A stretch of 64,000 nt of DNA from the NCBI GenBank assembly GCA_965238005.1, contig OZ250165.1, positions 736,001 through 800,000 on the forward strand, in the 5' to 3' direction. Position numbers and translations under genes: made by a program. Below the pieces are notes generated by a model. The model worked only from the letters and a program-made list of their open reading frames with translations. It was not told the DNA's origin and ran no database searches. This stretch comes from Longimicrobiales bacterium (lineage in GTDB: Bacteria; Gemmatimonadota; Gemmatimonadetes; Longimicrobiales; Gaopeijiaceae). The stretch's first letter is position 1, and every line of letters starts with the position of its first letter. This document shows positions 40,121 to 50,724 of the stretch, one piece after another.

Positions 40121-41486
40121 AAGGGTGAGTAAAAAGAGAGGCGACGTACCTTTGCGCTGAGATTTAAACCAGCGAGCCCGGGTGACAGCCCGGGGAAAGG
40201 AACGTCGCCTCATGAGAGAGGATATCGCGGGACCCCAGGGTGCGTCCAGCAGGCCGATGTGGGAGACGCTCGAGGGGATGGTTAGGGAGAAGGCGCAGGA
40301 GTTCATCCAACAGATCATGGAGGAGGAAGTCACGGGGTTGTTAGGCCGGGAGAAGTCAGAGCGCAGGAGTACGGTGGACTCGGCCGAGGGCTACCGCAAC
40401 GGATATGGCAAGCCGAGGCGGTTGGCGATGAGCTCGGGCACGATCACACTCCGACGTCCTCGGGTTCGGGGCGTCGAGGAGCGGTTCGAGAGTCGGGTGC
40501 TGCCGTTGTTCGCGAGGCGGACGAAGGAGCTGGGGCGCTCTGCTTCCGGAGCTGTATCTGCACGGACTGGCAGAGGGAGACTTCGAGCTGGCGATGCGGG
40601 GACTGCTAGGCGAGGGGGCACCGCTGTCGAAGTCTTCGATTCGGCGGCTGCGGGCGGGATGGACAAGGGAATTCGAGGAATGGAGCCAGCGTCGCCTGGA
40701 GGGCCGTGAGGTCGTCTACGTATGGGCGGACGGGATCTACGTGAAGGCAGGGCTCGAGCGGGACAAGGCGGCGCTGCTGGTGGTGCTGGGCGCGATGCGA
40801 GACGGGACGAAGGAGGTGTTGGCCCTGAGATCGGGCTACCGAGAGTCGGTCGAGTCCTGGTCGGAGGTGTTGCGGGATCTGAAGGCACGCGGCATCGAGG
40901 CGCCCCGGCTTCTGATGGCGGACGGTAACGCGGCGATCTGGGGCGCAGTAGGGCAGGTATGGCCTGAGGCGGGCGAGCAACGGTGCTGGAACCACAAGAT
41001 GAGGAACGTGCTGGACCGGCTGCCGCAGCGGGAGCAGAGCGAGGCGAAGGACCTTCTCAGGACCGTGGTCTACGCACCGAGGCGGTCCGAGGCGGTGAGG
41101 GCCCGTGAGGCGTTCGCCAGACGCTACAGGCCGTGGTATCCGAAAGCAGTGGACGTACTCGAGGACGACTGGGAGCGGATGGTGGCCTTCTACGACTTCC
41201 CCGAGGATCACTGGAAGCATCTGCGCACGACGAACGTGGTCGAGAGCCCGTTCGCCGCGGTACGGCTCAGAACCACGGCTGCGAAGCGGTTCAAGCGAGT
41301 GGAGAGCGCTACGGCGCTGATCTGGAAGTTACTCTTGGTGGCCGAGAAGCGGTTCCGAAAGCTCGACGCTCCTCACCTCCTCAAGGACGTGTTTGAAGGA
41401 AGAAAGTTCGAAGACGGAAAGCCCGTCTCAACCCAACAGCGGAAGAATGCCGCCTGATACGTTTACACACCTATTGACCCAACCTC
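40121..41486 (+). mobile_element. IS256-family element
   Basis: Imperfect terminal IRs (AAGGGTGAGTAAAAAG / rc GAGGTTGGGTCAATAG). No TSD seen. Confidence 0.85.
40212..41457 (+). pseudogene. IS256 transposase with frameshift near 40535
   Basis: YRNGY..R, VWADGIY, MADG, QRCWNHK, RTTNVVES are split over two frames; the homologous fragment at 59400-59620 reads through this spot. Confidence 0.85.
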
Positions 41487-41572
41487 CCCCCGCGTGGGCG
41501 GGGATAGACCCCACGGGTACGCAGTGGGCGATAGGGTGATACCGGCTCCCCTGCGTGGGCTGGCTTACGCAC
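41483..41572 (+). CRISPR. Orphan type I-E-like repeat-spacer-degenerate repeat
   Basis: CCCCCGCGTGGGCGGGGATAGACCC, 32-nt spacer, GGCTCCCCTGCGTGGGCTGG...; 61-bp period; abuts the IS256 right end. Confidence 0.7.
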
Positions 41573-41886
41573 CGAACGGTGCTCGGAACCAGCCCGGCGG
41601 GCGCGGCCGAAGCGGCGGGGGAGGGCCTCGGCTGTGGCCCGTCCAGATAGGCCCGCCCGAGCTATCTGCCGCAGTAACGCGGCTGCGGACTGCCGCAGAC
41701 CCGGAACACGCACTCCGGTTCGACGATTCCCAGAATCGTTCGTGCGCAGGGCCGACGTCCGGTCAAGATCCGTCCCCCTTTGACCGAGCCCTCGGTGAAG
41801 GCCGGCCGGGGCGTTCGACGAGCCGCTGGCGGCGGTGTCCAACAGCTCGCGTACCGTACTGAACGTCTCTGACCGCCACAGGTGCT

Positions 41887-41935
41887 TAGGATATTTCCTA
41901 CGGGTTGACTTCCTTGCAAACGGCTCTTCACTGTT
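41887..41935 (+). promoter_or_regulatory. ICE-type promoter with TAGGA-N4-TCCTA palindrome
   Basis: TAGGATATTTCCTACGGGTTGAC, homologous to the alpA promoters. Confidence 0.6.
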
Positions 41936-41941
41936 CCGGGC

Positions 41942-42916
41942 ATGGAGACGCGGAAGCAGCAGTTCAACTCGGCGGTGAGCGATGCGATCGTTCACCTCCA
42001 GGGAAGCGAAGAGGCGCTCGCGCCATTCGGCTGGACGGGAGAAAAGGCCGGGTGGATCGCGTTCGTCTGCCTCCACAGCGGCGCGTTCACCCGCGTCCAG
42101 TGCGCGCGATTCCTCGATGCACACCCGGAACAGGTGCGGCGCGTCGTCCACGCGCTGATCGCGCAGGGCCTGGCCGCCGAGGACACCGTGCCCGGCATCC
42201 GGGGGATCGGCCGCGTGTGCCGCATCTTCTCGCGGCGGATCTACCGAGCGCTCGGAGCCGAGCACATCCGCCACCGCCACGACGCCTCTCCAGAGGTGCT
42301 CATGCGGCGCCTGCTCTCGCTCGACTACGTCATCGATCATCCCGGCCTGCCGTGGCTTGCCACCGAAGCCGAGAAGGTCGCCGCGTTCGAGGCCCTCGAC
42401 ATCCACCGGGGGCTGCTGCCCGTCAGGGTGTACCGGGGAGCCGCCAGCACCGCGCGGCGCTACTTCCCGGTCAAGCTGCCGGTCGCGCTGGACGCCGAGC
42501 GCGCCGTCTTCGTCTACGCCGATCCCGGCCACGATACCGCGACCGCGCTCCGCTCCTGGGGCGTGGCGCACCGCCAACTCTGGTACGCGCTCCGGAGACA
42601 AGGCAGGTCCGTTGAGGTCGTCGTCGCCGCGCGCACGCATCGGGAGATGGAGCGGGCGCGGCAGGTCATGCGAGGCTGGGCCAGGCCTTCCGGCCACGCC
42701 GAACCCGCCCCCGAGGTCCGTGAGGAACTCGACCGGATCGAGCGGGCCATTCTCGAGGGCGCGGTCCAGATCCTCGAAGAGTTCGGCGGCCTCCAGGCCG
42801 CCATGAAGCGCAGCGTCGCGCTCACGAAACAGGCACGGCGACAGGCCGTCCACGGATCGATCCGCCGGGGCAGCGTCTGGCGGACCGCGCGCCTCGCCGG
42901 GGCTCGCTACCGATGA
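41942..42916 (+). CDS. Intact homologue of the T4SS-associated uncharacterised gene (possible DNA-processing protein)
   Basis: Aligns with both halves of the split gene (21405-21887 and 5462-5915). The first ~13 codons resemble the alpA-fusion gene start. Confidence 0.85.
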   Translation: METRKQQFNSAVSDAIVHLQGSEEALAPFGWTGEKAGWIAFVCLHSGAFTRVQCARFLDAHPEQVRRVVHALIAQGLAAEDTVPGIRGIGRVCRIFSRRIYRALGAEHIRHRHDASPEVLMRRLLSLDYVIDHPGLPWLATEAEKVAAFEALDIHRGLLPVRVYRGAASTARRYFPVKLPVALDAERAVFVYADPGHDTATALRSWGVAHRQLWYALRRQGRSVEVVVAARTHREMERARQVMRGWARPSGHAEPAPEVREELDRIERAILEGAVQILEEFGGLQAAMKRSVALTKQARRQAVHGSIRRGSVWRTARLAGARYR

Positions 42917-43087
42917 TCGGGGCGCGACTTACGGCCGGACTGGAGTGCGCAAACGACGTGGGGGTGCGATTCACACTTTGGCCCTCCGGCGATTCACAGG
43001 GGCCTTCCCGCGTATCCACTGGCGGGGCCGTGTCTTGCGCATCCGTGGCCCGGACGGCCGGCGCCGCGCGGGCCGCACCGGCCGTGG

Positions 43088-43457
43088 CGGGAGCGACCCA
43101 CCACCAGTCCGAGGGCCTGGTACGGGTTCGGGGCCGGGTGTGCTTGCGCACCCCCGCCCCCCACCCTCCTGGGGTCGCTCCCGAGCCAATTATCCCGTGC
43201 GGGAAGGCCTCCAAGCGCCGCGGCCAGCACGGCGGATCAACGGATCCCCCTCCGACAGCCGCCATCGCCCAGACGTATCGCTCAAAACGCAGCCCATTCC
43301 GCCAGACTCGGGACGCGCCTGTCCCAGGCGTCCCAAGACAGCCTTCCTGCACAGGACTGATGGACGGGAGCGACCCGCAGCGGAGGGGAGGATGGGGATG
43401 CACATCGCCATCCTCCCCGATGCCGATCGAGGCATGCCGAGATGGGGGGTCGCTCCC
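43088..43457. repeat. Two cis cassettes bounded by GGGAGCGACCC IRs (43088-43183 type 1; 43365-43457 type 2)
   Basis: Homologous to 5198-5287 and 19709-19802 respectively. Confidence 0.8.
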
Positions 43458-43850
43458 ATCCACGTCCAAGGAGCGCGGATCGGCATCCGCGCTTCGCTGG
43501 CCGTGGCGCAACCGAAAGCGCGCCAGCGACATGCGGAATCGGCGGCGTGCCCATCACAGGCGCGATTTCGTGTCCGGTCACCCCCAAAGTGCCCCGGACA
43601 CTCGCGGATCGGCATCGGCCGGGCGGTTTCTGGCCCCCAAGACCGACTCCCAGCCGTCCTTGGAAGCACCGCGCCCGAAACCTCCAGGTCCATGGATCCG
43701 AACTTGGGAATCGGAGTGCACCGGCCCGGGGGGTCAACCCCTCGGACCTGCGCGAACGCCGCCCTTGAAGCCCGCTACTGGCCAGCAAGCCCCGCCGACG
43801 CGACGTTTCAAACGCGCAGATCGTGCAGTCCATCAATCGAGAGGAATCGA

Positions 43851-43888
43851 ATGATGGCACGCACGAAACGAGTCCGGCGCAGCTACGG
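43851..43888 (+). pseudogene. 5' end of tyrosine recombinase Int E, separated by element D
   Basis: GAGAGGA RBS + MMARTKRVRRSYG; continues in frame as RRSYGAGEWGRNRVRVFPDP at 52617. Confidence 0.85.
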
Positions 43889-44155
43889 ATACAATGTAGT
43901 AAATGACTTCTATACAACGAGTTACATATGATTATCCCGAAGCAATTACCTCATTAACTCCCTCGTTCCTAATTGGAATGCATTCGACCGTAGAAGATGT
44001 CCGTGGACCGTGAACGAGTTGTCGATCAACCTTGGAGTCCGGAAGGATGAGGCTCCAGTCGGGGAGGTACAGGATCAGGCACATTCATCGCGGGCGGCGC
44101 AAGTCTTTTCCTAATCCGTGGTCAGGTTGATCTCCTCAGGGTTGCACGTACTGCT

Positions 44156-44881
44156 TCAATAGCCCTCGTAGAGAATTGGCGATGCCATTCCTGGTTTTCT
44201 CATGCGATCGGGGATGCGTCTTCCCTTATAGATCGTCGAGACTGGTTCCTCGGCCTCACGACCACGAAACTCGTATCTCCCCGGCACCTCTTCCGATGCC
44301 TGCCAAGCATCGACGACGAATACACCTTGACATATGCCGTCTACCACGGCGAGGACATAGTCTGCTTTCTCCGCTCTTGCCCGATCGATCTTCCAGGCCC
44401 ACCGGACGGCATCGTAGAGTCTGCGTTCTTCGACGGTCTCACGCTTCACCTTGATTACAAGGAGCTTGTGCGTCGGGTCGAACTCGATCTCCGCCGCCCC
44501 GTACTGCTCTACCAACTGGTCAACATGGGCAGGACCGCGTTCATTGGACCCATGACCTGACACGACATTCGTCAAGCCCGGTGTGGCGTCTATCAATGCG
44601 GCTTCAACCTCAAGGGACGATTCTCCCGACATTCCATGGCGATGGATGACGTGAATCGGTTGAAGGTTGGCGGCCCTTATCCTCCTGATTACGTCAAGCC
44701 TGAGTGGCAACTCATTGCCGTCCATATCGTCATTGCTCTCGATCTCGGCCCGGACATGGGCAAACACCCGGTTACCTTGACCTCTGCCTATATAGAACGT
44801 CTTTCCGTTCCTGGGATCAATCAACCTGTAGACGTAATGACCGAGTTTCTTGCTTACTTCGTCGGTGAAGTTGTTTCTCAT
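44156..44881 (-). CDS. LEM-3-like GIY-YIG nuclease domain protein
   Basis: YVYRLIDPRNGKTFYIGRGQGNRVFAH, EVEAALID, LTN. Confidence 0.88.
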   Translation of the reverse strand: MRNNFTDEVSKKLGHYVYRLIDPRNGKTFYIGRGQGNRVFAHVRAEIESNDDMDGNELPLRLDVIRRIRAANLQPIHVIHRHGMSGESSLEVEAALIDATPGLTNVVSGHGSNERGPAHVDQLVEQYGAAEIEFDPTHKLLVIKVKRETVEERRLYDAVRWAWKIDRARAEKADYVLAVVDGICQGVFVVDAWQASEEVPGRYEFRGREAEEPVSTIYKGRRIPDRMRKPGMASPILYEGY

Positions 44882-44969
44882 TCTACACAGCCAAGTTCCC
44901 GGGTGGGAGACCTTGATCGTTCCCCCGGCACCTTACTCTGATGAGACGGTATAAGGAGCGTCAGCTTCG

Positions 44970-45578
44970 TCACAGTTCTGTGGCACTAGGGTGTTCCGGC
45001 CAAAAGTAACACATCGGCGCAAGCCAGTAGCTTAGCGGATCCTGCTCCGACTTATGCCGTTGAACGGCGAGGTCTGTACGCCAACGCTTCTCGAAACCTT
45101 CCCTCGCGCAAACGGCAGCAACGGCGGCGTCACGCTCATCCTCGTTCTTCCAATCGGTACCAACTTTGAAGCATTTAGCAAAGGCCGATTCGTCGAGATT
45201 GAGGGCTCGTAGCAAAGCCTTGGGGTGCGATTCGGTAATCCTTGTGCAAGGGAAGGCTTGCCGGACCCGGAAGGCTAGCATCGCACCGCCTACGAGCGCT
45301 GCACCCCTCAGCGAGTTCGCCGACTGCACTGTCCCGGAAGGAATGCTGTAACCCTTTCGAATCCTTTCGTCCGCCTCTCGGCCGCCGCCCCCGCGTGTAG
45401 ACCACCACATCGGTGCGTCAATGCCTAAGCCGAGCGGCTTTCCCTTCGCGATTATTTTTTCGGCAGCTTTATCCACCGAGGAGACTGTAGTGCAACACAG
45501 CGCACCGGCCGCGTCAAGGAAAGCCAAACCGAACTTGTCCTTCCCGCCGGGATCGGCACCGACCCAGAATCCGCTCAT
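44970..45578 (-). CDS. DUF429-like predicted nuclease (RNase H fold)
   Basis: VGADPG, LGIDAPM, ITESHP, DERDAAVAA. Confidence 0.8.
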   Translation of the reverse strand: MSGFWVGADPGGKDKFGLAFLDAAGALCCTTVSSVDKAAEKIIAKGKPLGLGIDAPMWWSTRGGGGREADERIRKGYSIPSGTVQSANSLRGAALVGGAMLAFRVRQAFPCTRITESHPKALLRALNLDESAFAKCFKVGTDWKNEDERDAAVAAVCAREGFEKRWRTDLAVQRHKSEQDPLSYWLAPMCYFWPEHPSATEL

Positions 45579-45818
45579 CGCTCTCAATCCAACGAAGCCG
45601 TATGCAACGTGCCACTGTCAATATTAAAGGATTGAAAGAAGTGGCGCACGGACAGGCTGGCGACGGGCTGATCCGGGCTACGCGACCGCACCTGGCAGAC
45701 GATACGGCGCTCTGCGAGGGAGGGTGTGCTTCCCCCATGGCGACTGGGACGGTCGTCCTTTCGCCAGGATGATGTTCTTTGTCATAGCTGTTCCTCCCGT
45801 CGTCGTGACTCACTCATG

Positions 45819-48800
45819 TTACGATAGTGGCACTGTGATGTGTTTGGGGTCTTCCGCCACCCAGCGCCAAGCTCTGCCACTGAGGATCCACCGGGTAGCG
45901 ACATGGGCGGGGTTCTCAATGGGTAGCACGTGGAAGGCATTGTCGGCCGTTTTCTCCACGACGTACAGATACCACGAACCCGCTGCTTGCCCGTCCGTCG
46001 CTTTGAATGCTTCGCGTACTTGCGCACGGCTCAACTCTACCACCTCGTCTTCATCCCAGGAACGTCCCTTGCCCTTCACCTCGATCAGTCGAACTGCGCT
46101 CGTCTTCGGATCGACGCTGCGGATATCCCAGCCGGTCTGACGAGGATCGCCAAGCTCCGGTTCGCGGTCAGCCTCTCTCTCGTATTGCGCCGCGGCCTCT
46201 CGGTACTCTTCATCACCCAGGTCCCCACGGGAGTCTTTGTTGGTAGTCCCGGGCTCATCCGTGCCGTCCTCTTCATGGCTTGGTGCAATCTCACCTTTCA
46301 GTGAACTCTTCAACTGCTCGACCAGGGAGTTTTGCTTCGCAAGAGCTCTGCCTTTGGGGTAGGAGTTGCCCGTGGGATCCGACGCTCCAGGTGTACGGGC
46401 AGGGGCGTCGACCGCCCCGGCGTCGGGGTGCCCCTCTCCCTGTGCCTCGGCCTGAGTCGTGTCGTCAGCTTCGCTCGGGTCGTCCTGCCCCATCGTTTGT
46501 TTCGTCATCCACACGAGACTGCCTTGCGCGTCCGTCGATTCATAACCGGGGACGTGGGACCGCGCGAACTTTTCCACCGACAAACGGAAATCCTCCTCGG
46601 TGCCGATAGCGGACAACATGCCGGTAAGGTCGGCAGCGAGGTTGGCACGTTGGCCGAAGGAGAATTCTCGTAGGAGTTCCTTGGCCGCGTCGGCACCAAA
46701 CTCTACCGGCCGACCCGCGACCGTGAGGGTACCCCGGTGCAAGCGGGCGTTCACGGGCACATGTTGGGCAGCATCGCTACCGACGCGAACGTCCACAGCA
46801 AGCTTACGAGCGGACACTAACGCTGGCGGCGCGCCAGTATCGCTGCCCGTTCCGTCGCTTTCCGCACGTTCGCTTTGCCGAACCCGTAGGAGAAGCCCGT
46901 GGATGATGTCGAACCGTGAGATCCAGTTGTCGTCAACGGCAGTTTCGTCTCCGACACGCCAATCCAGAGTGACCACCGATGACAGGAGCGGCACGCTAAT
47001 GGCATCCGCAGTGCGAAACTGCTCGTCCCGTGAACGGCCGAGGTGACCGGCTGTGACTATTCGCACCGGGACATGGCCGGGAAAGAACCTCTTATCCTCG
47101 ATGTCATCAAGATAGGTGCTGTCGGACTCCGCTAAAACGATCCATTCGCGTTCCGCAAAGACGATGGCGTCGGGAAAGGCCGCGGTCCATCGATCGTGCA
47201 GCGAGGTATCCTCTTCACAATCTTCTAGGCAGTAGGCATAGGCCATCGGGAGGACGTCGCGGACCTCGTTCGCTAGCCCTTCTGGTAACGACCGGGCGCG
47301 CTTCCAGATCTCGAGGATGTAGTCCAGTGATTGTTCACCTGTGGTCGTCTCCGGGAAGTCGCTGGGAAAATCGGGATGCTGAAGCTCCATCCGAAGTGTC
47401 TCGTTGATTCGATCAAGCGGCACAATCCAGCCGCCGAGCGCTCCCCGACGCCCTCCAACACGCTGAACGATCCGCTTGAGCGGAATACGGCGACCGTCGT
47501 CCGACGGCACTCTTAAGTCTTGTAGAGCCTGCTCCAAGAGACGCAAGTCAGCGTCCGTCATTACCTGTTCGCGGCAGTCCGAGATAAGTTGCGCAAGCTC
47601 CTCTGCTTCGATGTGAGTGCCTGTCGCCAAGAGTCTGCGGAGCGAAGTGGCTTCTGGTATCGCCGTGCCAAATTCCAATCCCTCCTGGTCCAATACCGAC
47701 AGGAGTTCGGGTAATAGTTGTGCAACCGGTGCGTCTTCTCGCACCGGATCGGGTGTTGGAAGTGCATCTTGCGGACACCTGAGTTTCTCGTCGTCGCAAG
47801 GCACCCACGCGAGCTCGGCCAGCTTGCTCGCCCAAGCACTCGGCCTGTTCCCCACGGATTCATACTTCGAGTAATAGAAATACGACGCCTTCCGCTTGCC
47901 CGTTTGCTTGAGGGCTCCCAAGCCGTCGTCTAGCCAAGTGGCCAAGGCTTTCCGGAGTTCTTCGGGTGCATCCGGATCGGGAAGACTCGGCTCGATATCG
48001 AAATCCAGAAGTAGATAGCCACTATCGTTCGATTCACTGATCATGGCGACGTCGCAGTCAAGGAATTCCGCAACGCGCTGATCCTCCACTCGCCAACACC
48101 GTTCCTCTAAGGGTTGTACTTGGAGCTTGCCCCGGGCGTGGGCCTTCTCGAAGAAAACACGCCACTCATAGGTACCGCCGCTCTTGGGGTCGTCTTCGAA
48201 ATAGACCGCGGCGATTGCGGGAGCCGCTGGAAATAACTGGCGACGGTCCTGGCCGTGCTCGACATATGGATTGGCTAGGAGTGCCTCGCTAGTCGGCACA
48301 CCTTGTAGGTCGCTCTCTGATTCCACGAGCACGTAGGTCAACAGTCCAGGACGATTCCGATGCTTCGCCCAATGCCCGAGTGGTAGGAGCACCGACCAGT
48401 CTGGATTGGCCGATGACCCTACTAGAGCGTTCACGGCATCCTTGACGATGTCCTGGAGACTGATGCCGTGGGCATGGTCCTCGACCCAGTCCCAAACTTG
48501 AGAGAGCCGCACACGTTCGGGCTCGTTCTGTCTCCCTTGGCGGAGGGCGGAAACCCATCCTTCGTCCAAACGGTTGGCGTCCTGAATGACGGATTGCATG
48601 AACTGGCGAGTCTCCCGACCGCCCGGCTCGTGTTCCGTGGGGAGCGGCTCGTTGAGGAATGTCGTCTCGCTCACCGACAACCACTGCCCGGTGACCGATC
48701 GGATGCAAGGAAGCTCGATGTCCGTCCACGCGTCGTCAGGGCCTAGGTCGGCGACAGCCGCCCAGATGTGGAAGAGCAGGTGCCGACGGATCTCATGGTT

Positions 48801-50321
48801 GTCAGGAAGTGTCTCCCACCAGTCCTCCAGACCTCCTTCCCACGCGTGCTCTAAGTCGCGCGGTAACATCTCAGTCCGAAGCTCAAGTCGCCCAAGAAGC
48901 TCTACCGCACCGCGTCCGAGCACATCATCCCTGAGCACGGACCCTTTCAGGAGAACCGCAGGTTGTAAGTCCGGTTGCGCCCTGAATGCCTTCGCGAGTG
49001 GGACGGGCGGAACGAGAGCATCCCTCGGCTTGGCGTATGCCAGCTTGCTGGTCCCCGCAGTCCAAACCGGAATCACCGTCGTGTCCTCAAAGCGGTCCCG
49101 TAATCGTGACAACCAATCGTCCTCTGCAAGGAGCGCTTCAAGGCCGCTTGCTTCGGTCGATGGCAATGCGAGTGCCTGGAAGGCTATCTTCGCAGCATGG
49201 GGCTCTACAAGCGTATCTGCGGACCATTCGAGGAACTGTGCCAATATTTCTACGATGCCATCCGCGATACCGCGTTGCCAGGGATTGTCCTCGAGCCCTC
49301 TAAGCCCGCTGCGTGAGAGGTCCAACAGCCAGTCGGCGTTGACGTGGAGGCCAAACGGCAACGTGACCTCCGTGGGCAAAGTGGCATAAACAGACCCTCT
49401 GTTCGGTGGCGCCGGTAGACCTTCGTTATCCAGGGGGAGCACTCCAAGAATCTGGCGCGGCCTGCCGGCGTCGGCATACACTTGATCGCGTTCATCCTTG
49501 GCAGGTCGAATTTTCCTGTGTTCGAGAAAACAGGCGATCGCTTGCTTAGAAGGTTGGAATTGCGTCGAAAATAGTTGCCACATCCGATTCTCTGCTTCCG
49601 ACAGCGCCGTCGCTTCAAGGCTCCCGCTATGTTCCCCGGTGACTCCCAATTCCCAAACACACCCGTTCACCTCAAGGCGCTTTAGGTTTGACGCTGCGAG
49701 GATGGCGAGGGGTGTGCGATCATTGTCGGGGAGGAAGCGCGCCAAGTCGGATTCGAGATCCGCTCGTTGGTTTGTTCGTCTGCTTAGTTCGAAACGGGTA
49801 GTGAATCCCGGTTCGGGCAGCGAGACCGCGCCATCCCATATCGGAACCACAGCCCCAAGCAGATCCGTCTGTACGTCTCCATATTCTTCGCCTCGGATCT
49901 GGGCGATTTCATAGCGGAATGTCCAACCCCAACCAGAGATTCGAGCTTCCTGAAACCGCATGAAGACGCTCTTGAAGCCGACGCCCATGAAGCCCACAGT
50001 GGAGGCACCCTTGGTCGATCGGAAAACCATCGAGAGTGCCTCGACATCTCCCTCGTCGAGTGCACGCGTTCCATCATGCTGAAAGATCAGGGCGTCGCCG
50101 TCATCAGAAATGTGAATCGCAATGGACCTCGCAGACGCATCGAGAGCATTCTGGATCAGTTCGAAAATGTAGACCCAACGGTGCTTGAAGGTCAGCTCGA
50201 GCGCGCGTAGCATGCCACGCCCTTGCGGCCTGTCATAGAACTCTCTATTCGTGTTGGCGAGCCCTGCGACGAACTCTCCTCGCTCTTTCCTAGCTGCGTC
50301 CACTCGGACTCCTGCCTGCAT
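45819..50321 (-). CDS. Sacsin/NO VEIN-like GHKL ATPase with C-terminal DUF3883 nuclease-like domain
   Basis: FELIQNALDA, FQHDG, VGFMGVGFKSVF, LHVNADW; C-terminal GWDIRS...LIEVKG...LSRAQ. Confidence 0.85.
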   Translation of the reverse strand: MQAGVRVDAARKERGEFVAGLANTNREFYDRPQGRGMLRALELTFKHRWVYIFELIQNALDASARSIAIHISDDGDALIFQHDGTRALDEGDVEALSMVFRSTKGASTVGFMGVGFKSVFMRFQEARISGWGWTFRYEIAQIRGEEYGDVQTDLLGAVVPIWDGAVSLPEPGFTTRFELSRRTNQRADLESDLARFLPDNDRTPLAILAASNLKRLEVNGCVWELGVTGEHSGSLEATALSEAENRMWQLFSTQFQPSKQAIACFLEHRKIRPAKDERDQVYADAGRPRQILGVLPLDNEGLPAPPNRGSVYATLPTEVTLPFGLHVNADWLLDLSRSGLRGLEDNPWQRGIADGIVEILAQFLEWSADTLVEPHAAKIAFQALALPSTEASGLEALLAEDDWLSRLRDRFEDTTVIPVWTAGTSKLAYAKPRDALVPPVPLAKAFRAQPDLQPAVLLKGSVLRDDVLGRGAVELLGRLELRTEMLPRDLEHAWEGGLEDWWETLPDNHEIRRHLLFHIWAAVADLGPDDAWTDIELPCIRSVTGQWLSVSETTFLNEPLPTEHEPGGRETRQFMQSVIQDANRLDEGWVSALRQGRQNEPERVRLSQVWDWVEDHAHGISLQDIVKDAVNALVGSSANPDWSVLLPLGHWAKHRNRPGLLTYVLVESESDLQGVPTSEALLANPYVEHGQDRRQLFPAAPAIAAVYFEDDPKSGGTYEWRVFFEKAHARGKLQVQPLEERCWRVEDQRVAEFLDCDVAMISESNDSGYLLLDFDIEPSLPDPDAPEELRKALATWLDDGLGALKQTGKRKASYFYYSKYESVGNRPSAWASKLAELAWVPCDDEKLRCPQDALPTPDPVREDAPVAQLLPELLSVLDQEGLEFGTAIPEATSLRRLLATGTHIEAEELAQLISDCREQVMTDADLRLLEQALQDLRVPSDDGRRIPLKRIVQRVGGRRGALGGWIVPLDRINETLRMELQHPDFPSDFPETTTGEQSLDYILEIWKRARSLPEGLANEVRDVLPMAYAYCLEDCEEDTSLHDRWTAAFPDAIVFAEREWIVLAESDSTYLDDIEDKRFFPGHVPVRIVTAGHLGRSRDEQFRTADAISVPLLSSVVTLDWRVGDETAVDDNWISRFDIIHGLLLRVRQSERAESDGTGSDTGAPPALVSARKLAVDVRVGSDAAQHVPVNARLHRGTLTVAGRPVEFGADAAKELLREFSFGQRANLAADLTGMLSAIGTEEDFRLSVEKFARSHVPGYESTDAQGSLVWMTKQTMGQDDPSEADDTTQAEAQGEGHPDAGAVDAPARTPGASDPTGNSYPKGRALAKQNSLVEQLKSSLKGEIAPSHEEDGTDEPGTTNKDSRGDLGDEEYREAAAQYEREADREPELGDPRQTGWDIRSVDPKTSAVRLIEVKGKGRSWDEDEVVELSRAQVREAFKATDGQAAGSWYLYVVEKTADNAFHVLPIENPAHVATRWILSGRAWRWVAEDPKHITVPLS

Positions 50322-50724
50322 GGCTTGCGTGGTCTGGTGGCGGTTATCTTACAGATCCTCGCTGTTCATGGCGAACGTCGAGCAGGAACGAACTCCATGC
50401 GCAGCGGCCATCGCGGATCGTGCGGGACAGCATTGGGCCGCTGGGTGGCCACGAATTACGCGGACCCCGCTACGCGTGCCACATGGCTCGACCAAGAGAT
50501 AGAGCGGGATCGGGAAGAAGTTGGGTCTTGCGAGGCTTAATCCGCAGACTCGCTGGCAGACCCGGCGCCCTGATTCGATCCACCCCACCTCCTCATCGGC
50601 TCCGTTTCCTTCTCGCGGGATGGTTGGACCGCCGCTCCGGAGCGACGCGGTCGCTGTTGCGGCTATCGCGACCGAGGCCCCCGGCTGGTTCAAGCGGTCC
50701 TCCAGAGCGTGGGTGGACGAGTTC

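Noticed and set aside
41560..41566. CTGGCTTA-like ColE1 nic sequence
   Set aside because: Lies within the degenerate CRISPR repeat and lacks the oriT scaffold seen in the other copies.
42462..42476. Possible empty attB for element B in the intact homologue (TTCCCGGTCAAG)
   Set aside because: One mismatch within the 7-bp overlap and no element ends nearby; noted but not called as a site.
42913..43931. 300-aa ORFs downstream of the uncharacterised gene
   Set aside because: No protein-like motifs; the region is better explained as cis cassettes plus the detached Int E start.
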